Source: Podarcis filfolensis (Eukaryota). Taken from it: a stretch of 64,000 bases of DNA. A program made the position numbers and the translations under genes. This document shows positions 22,835-35,447 of the stretch, in pieces; position 1 is the first letter of the stretch; every line of letters begins with the position of its first letter. The notes below the pieces were generated by a model that was not told the DNA's origin, did not search any database, and worked only from the letters and a program-made list of their open reading frames with translations. Where the stretch lies: assembly GCA_964270895.1 (NCBI GenBank), contig OZ185440.1; one strand, given 5' to 3'.

Positions 22835-25144
22835 GTAGGCAAGGAACAATTTAGATTTCATTTCCATCTCTCTTTCTCTAGTCAACACCTTCCCTGGTTG
22901 GAATTGCAGGGAAGGCGTATACCGTTCCTGCGAGGCGGAAAAGTGTTTTCGTATGAGAACCGATACTCAAATGGTTGAAAGTTGGGTCTTTACCACTTCT
23001 GAGTAAAGTATTTATGTATTCCCCACTACCACCCTTTTTTCGATTCACACCCTCTCTTCCATTTGTGAATATACTCAACTCTATTTTGCCACCAACCCTT
23101 TAATTTTCTTAATTATTTCTGTTTGTAACTTACCACTTGGGACAAATTAAAGCACATAAAAATGAAGGTTGTCATAGAGGCTAACAGTACAATTTATCTG
23201 TGCATGTCTGCTGAGACGTAAGTCCCACTGAGGTCATCGGGACTTGCTCTCTGATAAGTGTGCTTAGAATTGCAGGGAAATGTGCATTTAATCAAGAAAT
23301 TCATTTGTCTATTGAGGCTGCAATCTTGTGCACTTACCTGAGAGTAAACACCATCAAAACCAGTGTGATTAACTCTTGCATAAATATGCATTGGGTTGCA
23401 CCATTCAGCTGTATAAATTTGCATATGGTCCAAAACATTGCTAACGCTTTGGACTGCAGTTAAGTCCCATTGAAATCAATTTGGAAAGTTAGCCATGAGT
23501 AGTTGAAGACTGTTTGGAACCTGCTTTTTGTTTCTGAATAGTGAATACCTGAGAGGCTTCAGCAAACAGAGCGTGATCTGACATGATGAGGGTCTGAAGT
23601 TGAAGCCAGATACAACCTTATTGGAAATTAGTGAGGGCCATGCGCCTAAAAAATAAATAAATCAGATCAAGTGTCTCTTTGTTGGAATCCCAGTGCTATT
23701 GTTAAGTTGTAGATATTTGTGGAATTCAAAGTAACCTCCTTATTCTGGGGATGCTACAAGCATGATATTCCATCATAGGACTGGTCTTAGCTGTTCTTCT
23801 CTATTGCTGAGAACACATCCTTGTGGTACATTTAGATAATTTTAGACTTTGTACTTAGTGGTCTTGTGGAAAGGGACATCTTTCGATGGTAATGTGGTAA
23901 CTTACTTCAAAATGTGGTAAGCCAGCCCTTCTGCAATTTGGGGTCCCTCCCATTCATTTGGCTAAGTGAGGCCAAGGACTTCTGGTGCAAAGTTCAGCCT
24001 GGGCTTCCTATTCTCTTCAGCTCCACATATCCTCATCTCTTTCCACAGGGAGATTCCTCTCCATTGAAGTGAATAAGCAAGGTCTAGTGGGGAAGGCAAA
24101 TTCAATGGGTATTAGTGACCTGCACTGGCAAGGAGGCTTGTTGCCATGTTCTCCTGTACCCAATGAGCATTCCACATGCTTATTGCGATTTCGAGAGCTA
24201 TTAACACAGAACAGCTTTTAGCTATCACAGTGCCTGCTTGCGGGGCATTTGGGAAATCCTATCAGTCAACTCTATGCTGTTGGTTCTGTGTGTCAAAGAA
24301 TGTTAGCATAATCTATTGTCCTCATATCAGTTAATACCTTTTAAGTAATCTTTTAATATACTTACTGTGGGGGTTCCTTTTAAGAGGAATTTGCAGAGTT
24401 GTTATTGCTTATTATTATTATTGTGTGTGTGTGTGTGTAGAGCATTTGCTAAGAGATTTTAAGTGCAGCAGGTTCTGAGGGTTTTTCCAAGTAAAACTAA
24501 TTAGATTTTTGAAATGTTTTTGGCTTTCTGAACCGAAGCTAATAAAAAGTGCTTTTGCCAGCGGAACTGTTATCACCAAATAGGGCTTTACAAACTAGCC
24601 ATCCAGGATCTTGTATACCAACTGACCAGATGTAATTTCTTTTTTAAAAAAAACTCTGGCCAGATATATTTTTGTTGGCTCAAAAGTGCCTGCTGTTGAA
24701 TGGGCTGCTTATTATTAAACTGCAAGTCATCCACACTGCAGTAAACACACATTATCATGTAGTAAATGGTACCTTGGAAGATTTATTATACAGTGGACTG
24801 TGATTTCCAATTGCAATACACAAGGAACTAGGCCTCATTTACAAGTTCCAGCAGCAGGCATTGATGTAGCAGGCAGTCATTGCTTATCACATAACCCTTA
24901 TCCCATGGACCTCCCTATAAGCAACTCTGGGGGAAGTTCTGTGCTACTGGGCAATGTTCCACACCATATAAATGGGAAACAATCCATAAAGCCTACCACA
25001 CAAATGCAGTTTTGGGCAATAACCAGCCAACTGGCAATGGGCAGGTTCCCCATATCTGATCCAGAATTATCTGATCCACTGAATGTTCTGAAATTAACCC
25101 AGGTTTTTGGATCTGCACCTGAGATCTCTAGGCCCCAGTGTATA

Positions 25145-25195
25145 CCCAATGACATACTCTCCAACATTTCCCCCGTAAAAATAGGGACGTCCTAT

Positions 25196-25235
<40 letters not shown>

Positions 25236-25545
25236 CCCAGCCATCTGATTGGGTTACCCCAGCCATTCTGGGAGGCTTCCAAAATATATAAAACATGATA
25301 AAACATTAAACATTAAAAAACCTCCCTAAACAAGGCTGCCTTCAGGTGTCTTCTAAAGGTTACGTATCTCCTTGGCTTGGGGGTCACATAACTCCCTACC
25401 CTCCAACATTTCTCCAATGAAAATAGGGACATCCTAAGAAAAGGAGGGACATTCTGGGATCAAATCAGAAACTGGGATGGCTTCTGTAAATCTGGGAGTG
25501 TCCCTGGAAATTAAGGACGCTTGGAGGGTCTGAGATTGCCCCCTG
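25145..25545. mobile_element. Composite hAT-like element / L2 3' tail with a ~40-bp direct repeat
   Basis: ctccaacattt..c..tgaaaatagggac.tcct at about 25153-25193 and 25395-25436, flanking (AAT)n plus an antisense L2 tail (ccccagccatctg...ggctgccttcaggtgtcttctaaa). Confidence 0.6.
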
Positions 25546-26703
25546 TAGACTTAGAATGAACATATCCAGTCTGCCAACTGCAATTTTATGTGAACATTTT
25601 CTCATTTCACATGCAGTTGCCAAACCATATTGCCTATAGATGAACCACAGTAAACACATGGCAGACAGTGCCACTGTCGAGACTGGATCCAGCTCACTCG
25701 CTGCCATTTGAATTAACAGATTCGCGCACTGAAATATCGTCTGTTGAAAGTAACAGCTTCCCTCACACTAATTGCATCACCCTGTTGTGCCTCATGTTGC
25801 GATAATCCAGGCTCCAGCTGGCAATAGACTGAGCATCAACAGAAAAACTGACAATGAACCAATCAAGGGAGATTTTTTTTCCTCCCCTCGGTTCTGTATT
25901 CAATTTGCTTCTTCCTACTCGAGTGCTATCAAAACACTGTATAAGCTTTTCCATAAACATCTCCCTCAGCCCTATAATAAAATCTGTGTGGTTTTGCATT
26001 AATATTCAAAGGTAAACATCAAAGCCCTGCTGTAAAAGATCATTTCACAAAAGTGAATGCTAACACTTTGGTTTAGGAAGCCTTTTATTTACATAGAGAA
26101 ATGCATTAGAGAAACCCATGGAAAATCTGGTATCTGGTTAATAGGCCACTCTTCAGTTTTCAACACAGCTCATCTTTCGCCAAGTCTGTGCTCTCCGGGG
26201 TTTTTGGACTACAACTCCCAAACTCCTGGTGAGCACCAGCTTGGCAAAGACTGGCGTAACACCTACGTTTTATGGTCCCAGTGATAATCCTTTGTGGTCC
26301 CTGTGGGCAATGGATGTCCTGCAAGGAGGCCAAGTGAGAAGACTGACACAAGTGTGAATGTGGGAATTGTGTGTGTGTGTGTGTGTGTGTGCAAGCACAT
26401 GTATCATGCAGGTATGCTTGTTGAGGAACTGTACTTTATTCATCTGTAGGCACGTTTGCAAAGATTTTTCAGGTGAATTTTATAAAGCAGCTTGTCTCAA
26501 ATTATTGTTACTATTATCACTTTTTTAATCAAAATTAAAACATTAACCTAAATAAAAACACAAACCGAAAAGAAAAGAAAAGAAAAGAAAAGAAAAAGAG
26601 AATAGAAAAGGATAGAGACGTAGAGAAGGGATAAAGGAGAAAAGGAAAGAGAAAGGAAAAGAGAGGGAATATTGAAAGTAGAAGGAAGGAAGGAAGGAAG
26701 GAA

Positions 26704-26818
26704 GGAATTACAGAGTTGGAAGGAACCCCAAGAGTCATCTAATCCAAACCCCTACAATGCAGGAATCTCAGCTAAAGCATGCATGGCAGTTGGCCATCCA
26801 ACCTCTGCTTATAAACCC
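26704..26818 (-). mobile_element. CR1 LINE 3' fragment
   Basis: gagttggaaggaaccccaagagtcatctaatccaaacccctacaatgcaggaatc...ggccatccaacctctgctt. Confidence 0.85.
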
Positions 26819-26886
26819 ATTACATACACTATTTCCACAGCATTCCCCTGCTCCACCAAGTTTGAGGAAGAAAGGAAGGAAGGAAG

Positions 26887-27653
26887 TGTAATAAAAATAT
26901 TGTTCAAATTTGACTAGCAGAACTCTTCAAAACAAAACAGAAACATCAAATGATACGTCCAAAATATCTATACAAGATCTTGCACTGTCTAGCAGAGGCT
27001 CAGCATCTTACAAAATGTGAAATACCGTATTTTTTGCTCTATAAGACTCACTTTTTCCCTCCTAAAAAGTAAGGGGAAATGTGTGTGCGTCTTATGGAGT
27101 GAATGCAGGCTGCGCAGCTATCCCAGAAGCCATAACAGCAAGAGGGGTTGCTGCTTTCACTGTGCAGCGATCCCTCTTGCTGTTCTGGCTTCTGAGATTC
27201 AGATTTTTTTTCTCTTGTTTTCCTCCTCCAAAAACTAGGTGGGTCTTGTGGTCTTATAGAGCGAAAAATATGGGTAATTCCCACAGACCTAGAAGCAGAG
27301 GTCTATCTCTTCCTACAGCATCTATTTTTAGCCTGGGGCTGTTTTCTCTCTCTCAGTCAGGGAGGGTCTTTTACATGTCCTTACTTCTCAGAGCCCTGAG
27401 ACAAAAGGCATGAAGGCAACTCCCTTTAAAATAGAGATTTGCAACCCAATACCTTCACCACATGATCTAAGGTTACAACACTCAAAGGTTAGCTACTGGA
27501 GAACAACAATCAGTTAATTATCAACTCAGCAAGAGCTCAGAGTGCTCTCCTTGGCTTTAATATAGCTCTGTGGGAAAACCCCATGTTAAACCTTTTCACC
27601 AATACACATTTAGGCATTCACATTATACTTAACATAACTTAAGGAGGGTTACA
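26887..27653. mobile_element. Probable solo LTR (unclassified) containing a nested MITE
   Basis: TGTAA...TTACA termini; homologous along its length to 35448-35970; MITE inserted at a TA; no clear TSD. Confidence 0.6.
27025..27274. mobile_element. Tc1/mariner-type MITE (copy of 8061-8318)
   Basis: Near-identical to 8061-8318; TA duplication inside the host repeat. Confidence 0.88.
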
Positions 27654-28218
27654 AATACAAAGTAGACAAAATATCCATGTAACATTGACCTTTCCTTTCC
27701 AATGCAGAGCAAGTATACAGGTCTTTACACTTACCATGCCTCATGTTTATATTTTTTATTTTCTTTTTCTTCTTTTTAAATTATTCAGTGTAGAACAACC
27801 AGTACAAACAAGGAAAAAGATACCAAAACAAAATCACAACTTACCCCTCTCATGTTGCTTCATGTTTGTATTCACAAGTATATAAACACTGAGTTTGATA
27901 GAGCCAAGGAACTAAATAAGGCACTCTGGTGTATAAGGAAAAGGGGAAGGCAGAGTTAACAAGATGCAGTAAAAAAATCATTGATATGAAAATATTCCTT
28001 AGTCACTACATATTGCTAGAAGAGACTGTTCACACACAAAAGCAGAAAAACCCATCCAATTTTTAAAGGGCACTTTTATCAGTAGTTGAATGGTTTCTCT
28101 CTCTTGTTGAACCATTCAGGAATGGTAAAGGACAGGCAGAAAATAAAGTTAAAATGGCATAAAATATAAAACAATGTGAAACTGGTATTTCAATGCATTG
28201 TTTTCCTATTGTTTTTGT

Positions 28219-28410
28219 AGAGGCAGTGTAGTGTAATTGTTAAGGTGCCAGGCTAGGACTGAGAAGACTCAGGTTCAAATTTCCATGAAACTCACTAGGC
28301 AACTTTAGCTCTCAGTCTTGCCTACTTTGCAGGACTGTTGTGATAAATAACATTGGAAAGGAGAGGGAGCTATGTATACTGCCTTGAATTTCCTAGGTAC
28401 AGAGTATAAA
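28219..28410 (+). mobile_element. Old MIR/CORE-like SINE
   Basis: gaggcagtgtagtgtaattgttaagg...gactcaggttcaaat...ctctcagtcttgcctactttgcaggactgttgtg. Confidence 0.6.
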
Positions 28411-28901
28411 TGTAATGAATGAATGAATGTAACCCATCCATCCCAAGGACCGGAAATCAGTAAACACTTGTGAATTAAGACCAATTATATTTAAGAAGTG
28501 TCATACTTTGATGATCAAAAACATAAAAGGGAAATACATAACAACAAACCATGATTGCATGTGATATTATGTGCCTTACTTCGAAATGTGGGGAAGGGCA
28601 CTCTTTCATATAATCTGAGCAATATATATGCATATATATATATGCGCTTCCTCTTTTCAGGTGATTCTAACTTCAGGCAAATGTGTTTTTTGTTTGTTGG
28701 TTTGTTTTTGCTTCATAAGCAGTTTTCTGAACCTTAATTTGTTTTGAGCTGTAATGCTGTCAGCTGAGTGTAGGAATTGTAGATCTCGCCATAAAAGCTC
28801 TGCCTAGCCGCCACCTGGCTGAGCATGAACCAAATATAGATGCTAGCTGCACTTCCACAAGGATCCAGGTCTGCTTCCTGCCTTTTTTGTCGTTTCCTCC
28901 T

Positions 28902-28906
<5 letters not shown>

Positions 28907-28942
<36 letters not shown>

Positions 28943-29520
28943 TAATAATTAATAATAATAATAAAATTTATTTGTACCCCACCCTCCCCAGCCAGAGCCG
29001 TGCTCACGGAAACTAACATCATGAAACTAAGGCAGTTTCAGAACATAAGAACATAAAAACAGGCAATTAATTAGTTAAAATACATCTTAAAATTAGTTCA
29101 GAGCAAATTAAAATCTGGACAGATGGCAGCCCACTGGTAAAATTGAGAGTGGTTAACATTCTCCAGGGCCAACTGTTATCACTGGTCTTATAAAGGACCT
29201 GTGAGCGGACTAGGGGGCCTCTTTAATGCTTCTTCTTATACAGAAAGAAAAGAATCAGACTGAACCCCGACCAAAGGCCTGGCTCCGTCTTGCAGGCCTT
29301 GCAGAAAAATGTCAAATCCCACAGGGCCGTGGTCTCTTGTGAGAGAGCTTTCCACCAGGCTGGGGCCATGGCTGAAAAGGCCCTGGCTCTGGTCGAGGCA
29401 AGTCTAATCTCCCTGGGGCCTGGGATATTCAGAGTGTTCTTATTTGCAGACCTTAAGGTCCTCCGTGGGGCATACCAGGAGAGGCAGTCCCGTAGGGACA
29501 AGGGTCCTAGGCCGTATGCA
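28907..29520 (-). mobile_element. L2 LINE 3' end with (AAT)n tail
   Basis: Minus-strand ORF SLRDCLSWYAPRRTLRSANKNTLNIPGPREIRLASTRARAFSAMAPAWWKAL is a typical L2 ORF2 C-terminus; AATAAA and (ATT)n tail. Confidence 0.85.
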
Positions 29521-30055
29521 TGCAGAATCCTTTCCATGTACATTCCTCATAAGAGTTTCTCCAGCTGCTGCAAGAGGCAGCTGAAATTTGACTCTCACCA
29601 TGAATTTCATTCAATGCCAGGCTGCAACAAGAGAACTTCAAAGAACTCCGAGATACTCTGTCCTCTTCACCAGAGCAGCAGAGAAACACTTCACAAGGAA
29701 TTGCAGTCACAGGGCTGACTTTCCCATGAACCTTAACTTAAAAAAATAAATAGCAGGAAGGTATATAATTTTGACATCTTTTGCCTCAGGTGCAGAAATG
29801 TCTAAAATAACCTGTGCTTCTGTATGTGGGCTGCATACACATTCCTGGCTTAAAATGAAGCTGGTTTGTTGGTTTTTCTCGATTCAGGTGGAAGCTGGTT
29901 TTTGGGGAAATGCCTCAAAACACAGTATTTCATAAGGAACAACAACATAGATATGGATTATGGCTAACTTTGTATATATACTGCTTCCCAAACCAGTGGT
30001 GGGAGTACACTGGATACAGAATAAATTACTTGGGAGGAAGGCTGCACACACACCA

Positions 30056-30153
30056 TATAATAATAATTTTGTTATTTGTACCCCACCCATCTGACTGGAT
30101 TGCCCCACCCACTCTGGACGGCTTCCAACATATAGAAAAACATAATAAAATAC
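30056..30153 (-). mobile_element. L2 3' tail fragment (target of the RTE-X-like insertion)
   Basis: tatttgtaccccacccatctgactggattgccccacccactctggacggcttccaaca. Confidence 0.7.
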
Positions 30154-31195
30154 ATTCCATCATACAGGATCTTGGAAGCACCACTGGCAAACCTCCCTTC
30201 AAAAGGCGGAGATTACAAAGCTAGCCATACTCAGATTCTTTTTCACAAAGGGCGGCAAATATGTTCCAGCAGCCTTAAGGGTTTTCAACGCAAAACCCGT
30301 TTCCCAACTCTTATATGCTGCAAATGTCTGGCATAAATGGGGACCTGCCACAGCTAGATGGCTTTCAGGCAAAATTTCTGCTGCAGGTACCCAACTGTGT
30401 CCCCAACTCCATACTTCTGTTAGAAGCTGGTGAATGCCCAATTTCAACTATAGCGTGGTGGACTGCCCTAAAACATTGGCTCAGGATTTCAGTGTTTGAT
30501 GTAGGGAAGGGTTTGTACCAACACCTCACCAATGAGGAATTTGTCAGCAAATGGCAGAAAACCATGGCTAGAAAAGCCACCTCTATCGGTCTGTCACCCC
30601 CCCAACTCTATTACCTGGGTTATGAAGGCGCCCTAAAGACGTTAAAGCAAAGATTATGGGATAATGCACACAGTGACTTGCGATCTCAATCACACACAGT
30701 CTGTAGTCCGCTGGCAGTAGGAGTACAATATGGGCATGTCTTTAAGTTAACATCTTACATTAAAAACCTGACTGTACCAAATTATTGAAGGCTTTTCACC
30801 AAAGCCAGACTAAACGTCTTTCCTTCTGCAGTGTTGGATGGCAGGTTGAGAGGAGTTCCCTACCAGGACAGACTTTGCTCGTGTGCTCAAGACATTGATT
30901 CCATAAAACATATTTTGTTGCACTGTGCAAAATATGAGCAAGCCAGGGCTGAACTGATACTACCCTTGCTGGTACCTTTCCCGGGCAAATCAGAGGCTCA
31001 CTATGTCAGGTTCCTATTGGAAGACCGGACAAATGCTAGAACATTAGCAGTGGCAAAGTTTTTAGCGGTGGTTTCAAGAACCAATGATCCCTATATTCTG
31101 AACAAAATGCTTCTTTAACCTGGAGGTAGGCTGTATGAATTGTGCATTGCTTTGTAACGATTTGCTGGGTCTCTGGACCGTAATAAAGGTTAATG
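30154..31195 (+). mobile_element. 5'-truncated RTE-X-like LINE (3' 1 kb), decayed
   Basis: Exact 12-bp TSD ATAATAAAATAC (30142-53 and 31196-207); encodes ...RLFTKARLNVFPSA...CSC..IDSIKHILLHC, homologous to the 62715-63554 ORF; contains stops and frameshifts. Confidence 0.8.
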
Positions 31196-31798
31196 ATAAT
31201 AAAATACCTATTTAAAGGACGTGGTTTTGCCAAATAATCCTGGGAACTGTAGTTCAGTTGCTCACAGAGTTACAATTGCCAGCACCCTTAACACACTACA
31301 GCTCACAGGATTTTGTACAGTATGTGTGTGCTTTGAATGTATGTTGTACGCTGCCTAAGTCTCGTGGCGTTCAGTAGGGCTCACTTCTCAGCAGACATGC
31401 ATAGGATTGTGCTCTAATGCTGATCCTAGGTAATATTTATTTTTGTAACCAAATTAATAACTGGAATTGCTTACAGAAATTTGGCCACTGGCATTGTCCT
31501 GAAACGACACATCCTATGCTAAACATAGCGAGACAAGCCTTGCACTGTCTCATCTGTACACAAATAATTTTGCCCAGATGTTTAGGTGTGTGTTTGAATA
31601 TATTTGCGGAGACAAAAACGTTTTTCACTGAGGCCCCCACCTTGTCATCAGCCATGGGCAGGCATTAGTTTAACATCTCCCACAGGTTGGTTGCATCACA
31701 AGTTTCTCTCCAAAATATTTGTGCTCTCTCCATGCCACCGCTGCTGCTGCTGCTAACATTTTTTGTTGTTTTGCTTTTGCTTTTCTGATCGATTTTAG

Positions 31799-31852
31799 GG
31801 CCCACAAGGACCCCAGGGGCCTGTTGGATTTCCTGGACCAAAGGGACCTCCT
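31799..31852 (+). CDS. COL11A1: COL11A1 exon (~36), 54 nt
   Basis: attttag|GGCCCA...CCTCCT|gtaagt; GPQGPQGPVGFPGPKGPP. Confidence 0.97.
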
Positions 31853-32511
31853 GTAAGTATTTTCTTAAAATAAATGCAATGCTTATTCAGAAAATGGGAT
31901 GCAGAAATAAAGACTGGTTGTTAAGCACAATCAGAAGTGTTCGTGAAGAACAATGGCCAGAAGATTCCTTATTCCAATTCCAGTCTCTGGGTTGCCAGTT
32001 TTTCATATATCCTCTCTTCTAGATGGATACGTAACGATCCCTGGGCATCCTTGCACAGAATGGCAGAACGATCTAAACCCCCTTTGTGCAAGGCTGGGCA
32101 GTTGGATTGAGTAGAGACATCCCTCCATCTAGTCTTGTTGGGTTCTCTATCTGCTGCCAAATCTGATGCAGAGCTCCCTCTTCCATCTGCCAAAGAGGCT
32201 TTTGGGGGCAGGGATCCCAAGATGTCCCGGCTGCTATCATATGACACCATTGGCCCAATTTGAACCTGATCACTGTGCCAGCTCCCAGCTGCCCCTCATC
32301 CACTTTCCAGCCCACCAGGGCTGCAGACATGGCAGTAGCCCAGCCACTCCATAAAGCCCCACCAGGCTATGGAGAGACTTAGGATTGCTCCCTATGCCCC
32401 ACTGAATTTAAAGGTTCTTGCCTTTCCAAGGTTTGCAGCTTGTGTTATTTGTGCACAGTTGCTCCTCAAGAAAGATCAGCTCAGAGCGGCTCAATAGCGC
32501 TTTTCCTGGTA

Positions 32512-32753
32512 CAGTGGTACCTCAGGTTGCAGACGCTTCAGGTTACATATGCTTCAGGTTACAGACTCTGCTCACCCAGAAATAGTACCTCGGGTTAAGA
32601 ACTTTGCTTCAGGATGAGAACAGAAATCATGCGGCGACAGCGCGGTGGCAGCAGGAGGCCCCATTAGCTAAAGTGGTACCTCAGGTTAAGAACAGTTTCA
32701 GGTTAAGAACAGACCTCCAGAACGAATTAAGTTCTTAACCCGAGGTACCACTG
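32512..32753. mobile_element. Tc1/mariner (Tigger-like) MITE
   Basis: TA|CAGTGGTACCTC...GAGGTACCACTG|TA; copy of 5928-6170. Confidence 0.9.
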
Positions 32754-34718
32754 TATATGAAGTAGGTAAAACTGTTTAGCAAGTACTGTAGCTGCCACCA
32801 ACCTGCTGCTACAATGAAACAAACATTAAAGGCAAAAGTGTTTGCTGGGAAATCTGATAACAATGATAGGACATGTCTGGGAACAAACAACTGAAGCTGT
32901 ATAAAAAAAAAATCAGAAGCGTATATAAGGTGAGTTTCTGTTCTGTGCGGCTACAGTGTATTAAAAAGTGTGCTATATGACTCCTGCTTTTCCTGCAACC
33001 TTAGCTGAAATGCGCTTTTCCTCATTCTGTGTAACATAACCCTGACAATGCAATTTGTAGCCTTCATTGTGCACACCTGGTTTGCTGCTGAAAATTTTGT
33101 GCAAGCTCTCAACAAGGCAGTTTGCAGGGTAAAGACGTTCCTTGAAAACTTGTCATCATCCCAACCAGGTGGCAGCCTCTTTCGTATCTGCAAAATGTTT
33201 TTTCTCTGTAGGGATGACCACATGCCACTAGAGGTCTCTCTCCATCTTGCGTCGATCCCAGTCCCAAAAGGAAAGAAAAATGCTGAAGTTAATGGGAAAG
33301 TTATATCCGCTATTGGCAGACTATTACCAAAACAAGTGTACGACATGCACTAACTGGGTTATTGTCTTTAAAATGTTGCATTCATAAATGGAACTGAAGT
33401 ATCCACCAGCCTGGAATAATGTGTAGGCTTTCAAAGGTTTTAGGGTCCCATTTACCTTCGTGGAATTGATCAGCTCCAATGGAATCAACTGCTTGTTTCT
33501 GCCTAATACAACCCTTCGGCCTTTGTTTGAGCTTCGCTTGTAGACCAGGTTTGTCCTGGTGTGCAGAATGTACTGAACCTGAAATCATATTGATCCAGCA
33601 TCCCTTGCTCTTATTATCCTTGCTTGACAGAATGTCACATGGAGACGTAACTTCCCAGCTTCACTTTTATTACCTCCCACTCTAGGGATCTATATGTCCA
33701 TCACTACATTGCAGAGCAAAAATCTGCATTTGCCCTATGGAAACAAAGTGGGTGGGTGGCAGGATCAATTAGGGGGTGGGAGTGGAGAAGGGGCTGTCAG
33801 TAAAATGTTTAAGCAGAAATACTTTCCAAAGCGCCTAAAACGGACTTTTATTGAAAAGAAAGAAAGAACGGCCAGAGTTCCATTATGGCATGCTGTTGTG
33901 TAACATGTTCAGATGTCATCAACCACCCTTGGTTCCTTGCATAATGTTGGGGTGTTTTTTGCATTTGTTTTGCATATTTTAATATCACAGACCCGCACCC
34001 TTATTGTACTGATAAATTCCGTAAGTTTTCATTTTTAAAACAGTTTCTATCAAATCGGGGTTGAGCAAAGTACAATTTTCAAAGATACCAGCATTCTTGT
34101 GAATTTGGATTGCCTTAGGAGAAATCGTTGTGCAATTGGGGAGAGGTAATAAATTAATGAGGAGCAGGCAGCAGAAATGTACTATTTTGTCTCTTTTGGA
34201 TGAGAGGGCACCAGGGTTTTTCTGGTACCTTCTTTACTGTTTGACTTATTTACAGATACAGAAGTAGGTCACATTAGAAGCTATGGGCCCGCACAGCTGG
34301 CAGCGCACAAAGGCACAGAAAGTGCATTAGATTCCTTAAGGAAGCAATTGTTCCGACCTCCTGCAGCCCCTAGCCCTAGATGCTTCCAGTCCAGCTAAAC
34401 TCCAACCCCAAGAAACCCCCTCTGGCTCTCTGATTCACTCTCTCTGCCTTCCCATCCAAGATGCAACAACGCTGTGCCTGTGTTGCATTGGCTAAAGGGT
34501 GTTCCCTTCCAAAGGCAGACAAGAGAGAGAGAGATTTCCAGTCATTAACTCCCATTCAGCAAATATTAACTGAACATCCCTGACCATGAGCAGTCAGCTT
34601 AATAATGGTTGGCCACTCAGCTGGCATTCACGGTGGGATGCTTGAAAGCCAGCTTGTCAGATTGGAGCTATCACAAAGATTGCTAGACTTGGTTAGCATC
34701 TGCTTCTCAGAGCTATAA

Positions 34719-34871
<153 letters not shown>

Positions 34872-35447
34872 TAGAACTTGACACTTGGCAATCAACATGA
34901 ACCTGGAATCCTAATCCTAGCTACAAATCAGGGCTGGATTAACCATTAAGCACAATAAGCACACACTTAGGGTATCAAGGGAAGAGGGGGCACCGTGGTT
35001 ATTTTCCATTGCCAGATTTACCATGGACCATATTGCTATTATTACTATAGTGCAGCTGAACCAGGTTCCTAAAAAAAGCCTCCCACGATAAATGAAAATA
35101 TTACATAGACACACACATACACACATATATCATAAAATAGTAATAACAGAGGTAATAATATAGGTCAATGATATATTTTGAATTAGATATATATGGGGGC
35201 ACCAAAATCTTCTAAGTGCTTAGGGCTTCTAAAGGTCTTAATCCAGCCCTGCTACAAAGCAAGGAGGCGGCTGTGATTTCCAGTGAAGACCTGAGCAGGT
35301 TGTGCAGAAGATGCTTAATCCTTTCTCCAGGCTGCTTTCCCCCACAATGTAACAAATGTTTATGTTGCAGATATTAATATTGCACAGTTTGAAGTGACTG
35401 GAAGCATAAGAACTGGCTCCTTTCGGAAAAAATCATTGTCCCAGCCC

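Noticed and set aside
24800-25291. 163-aa ORF
   Set aside because: No recognisable domain; it is partly kept open by (AAT)n (poly-Ile) and TE sequence.
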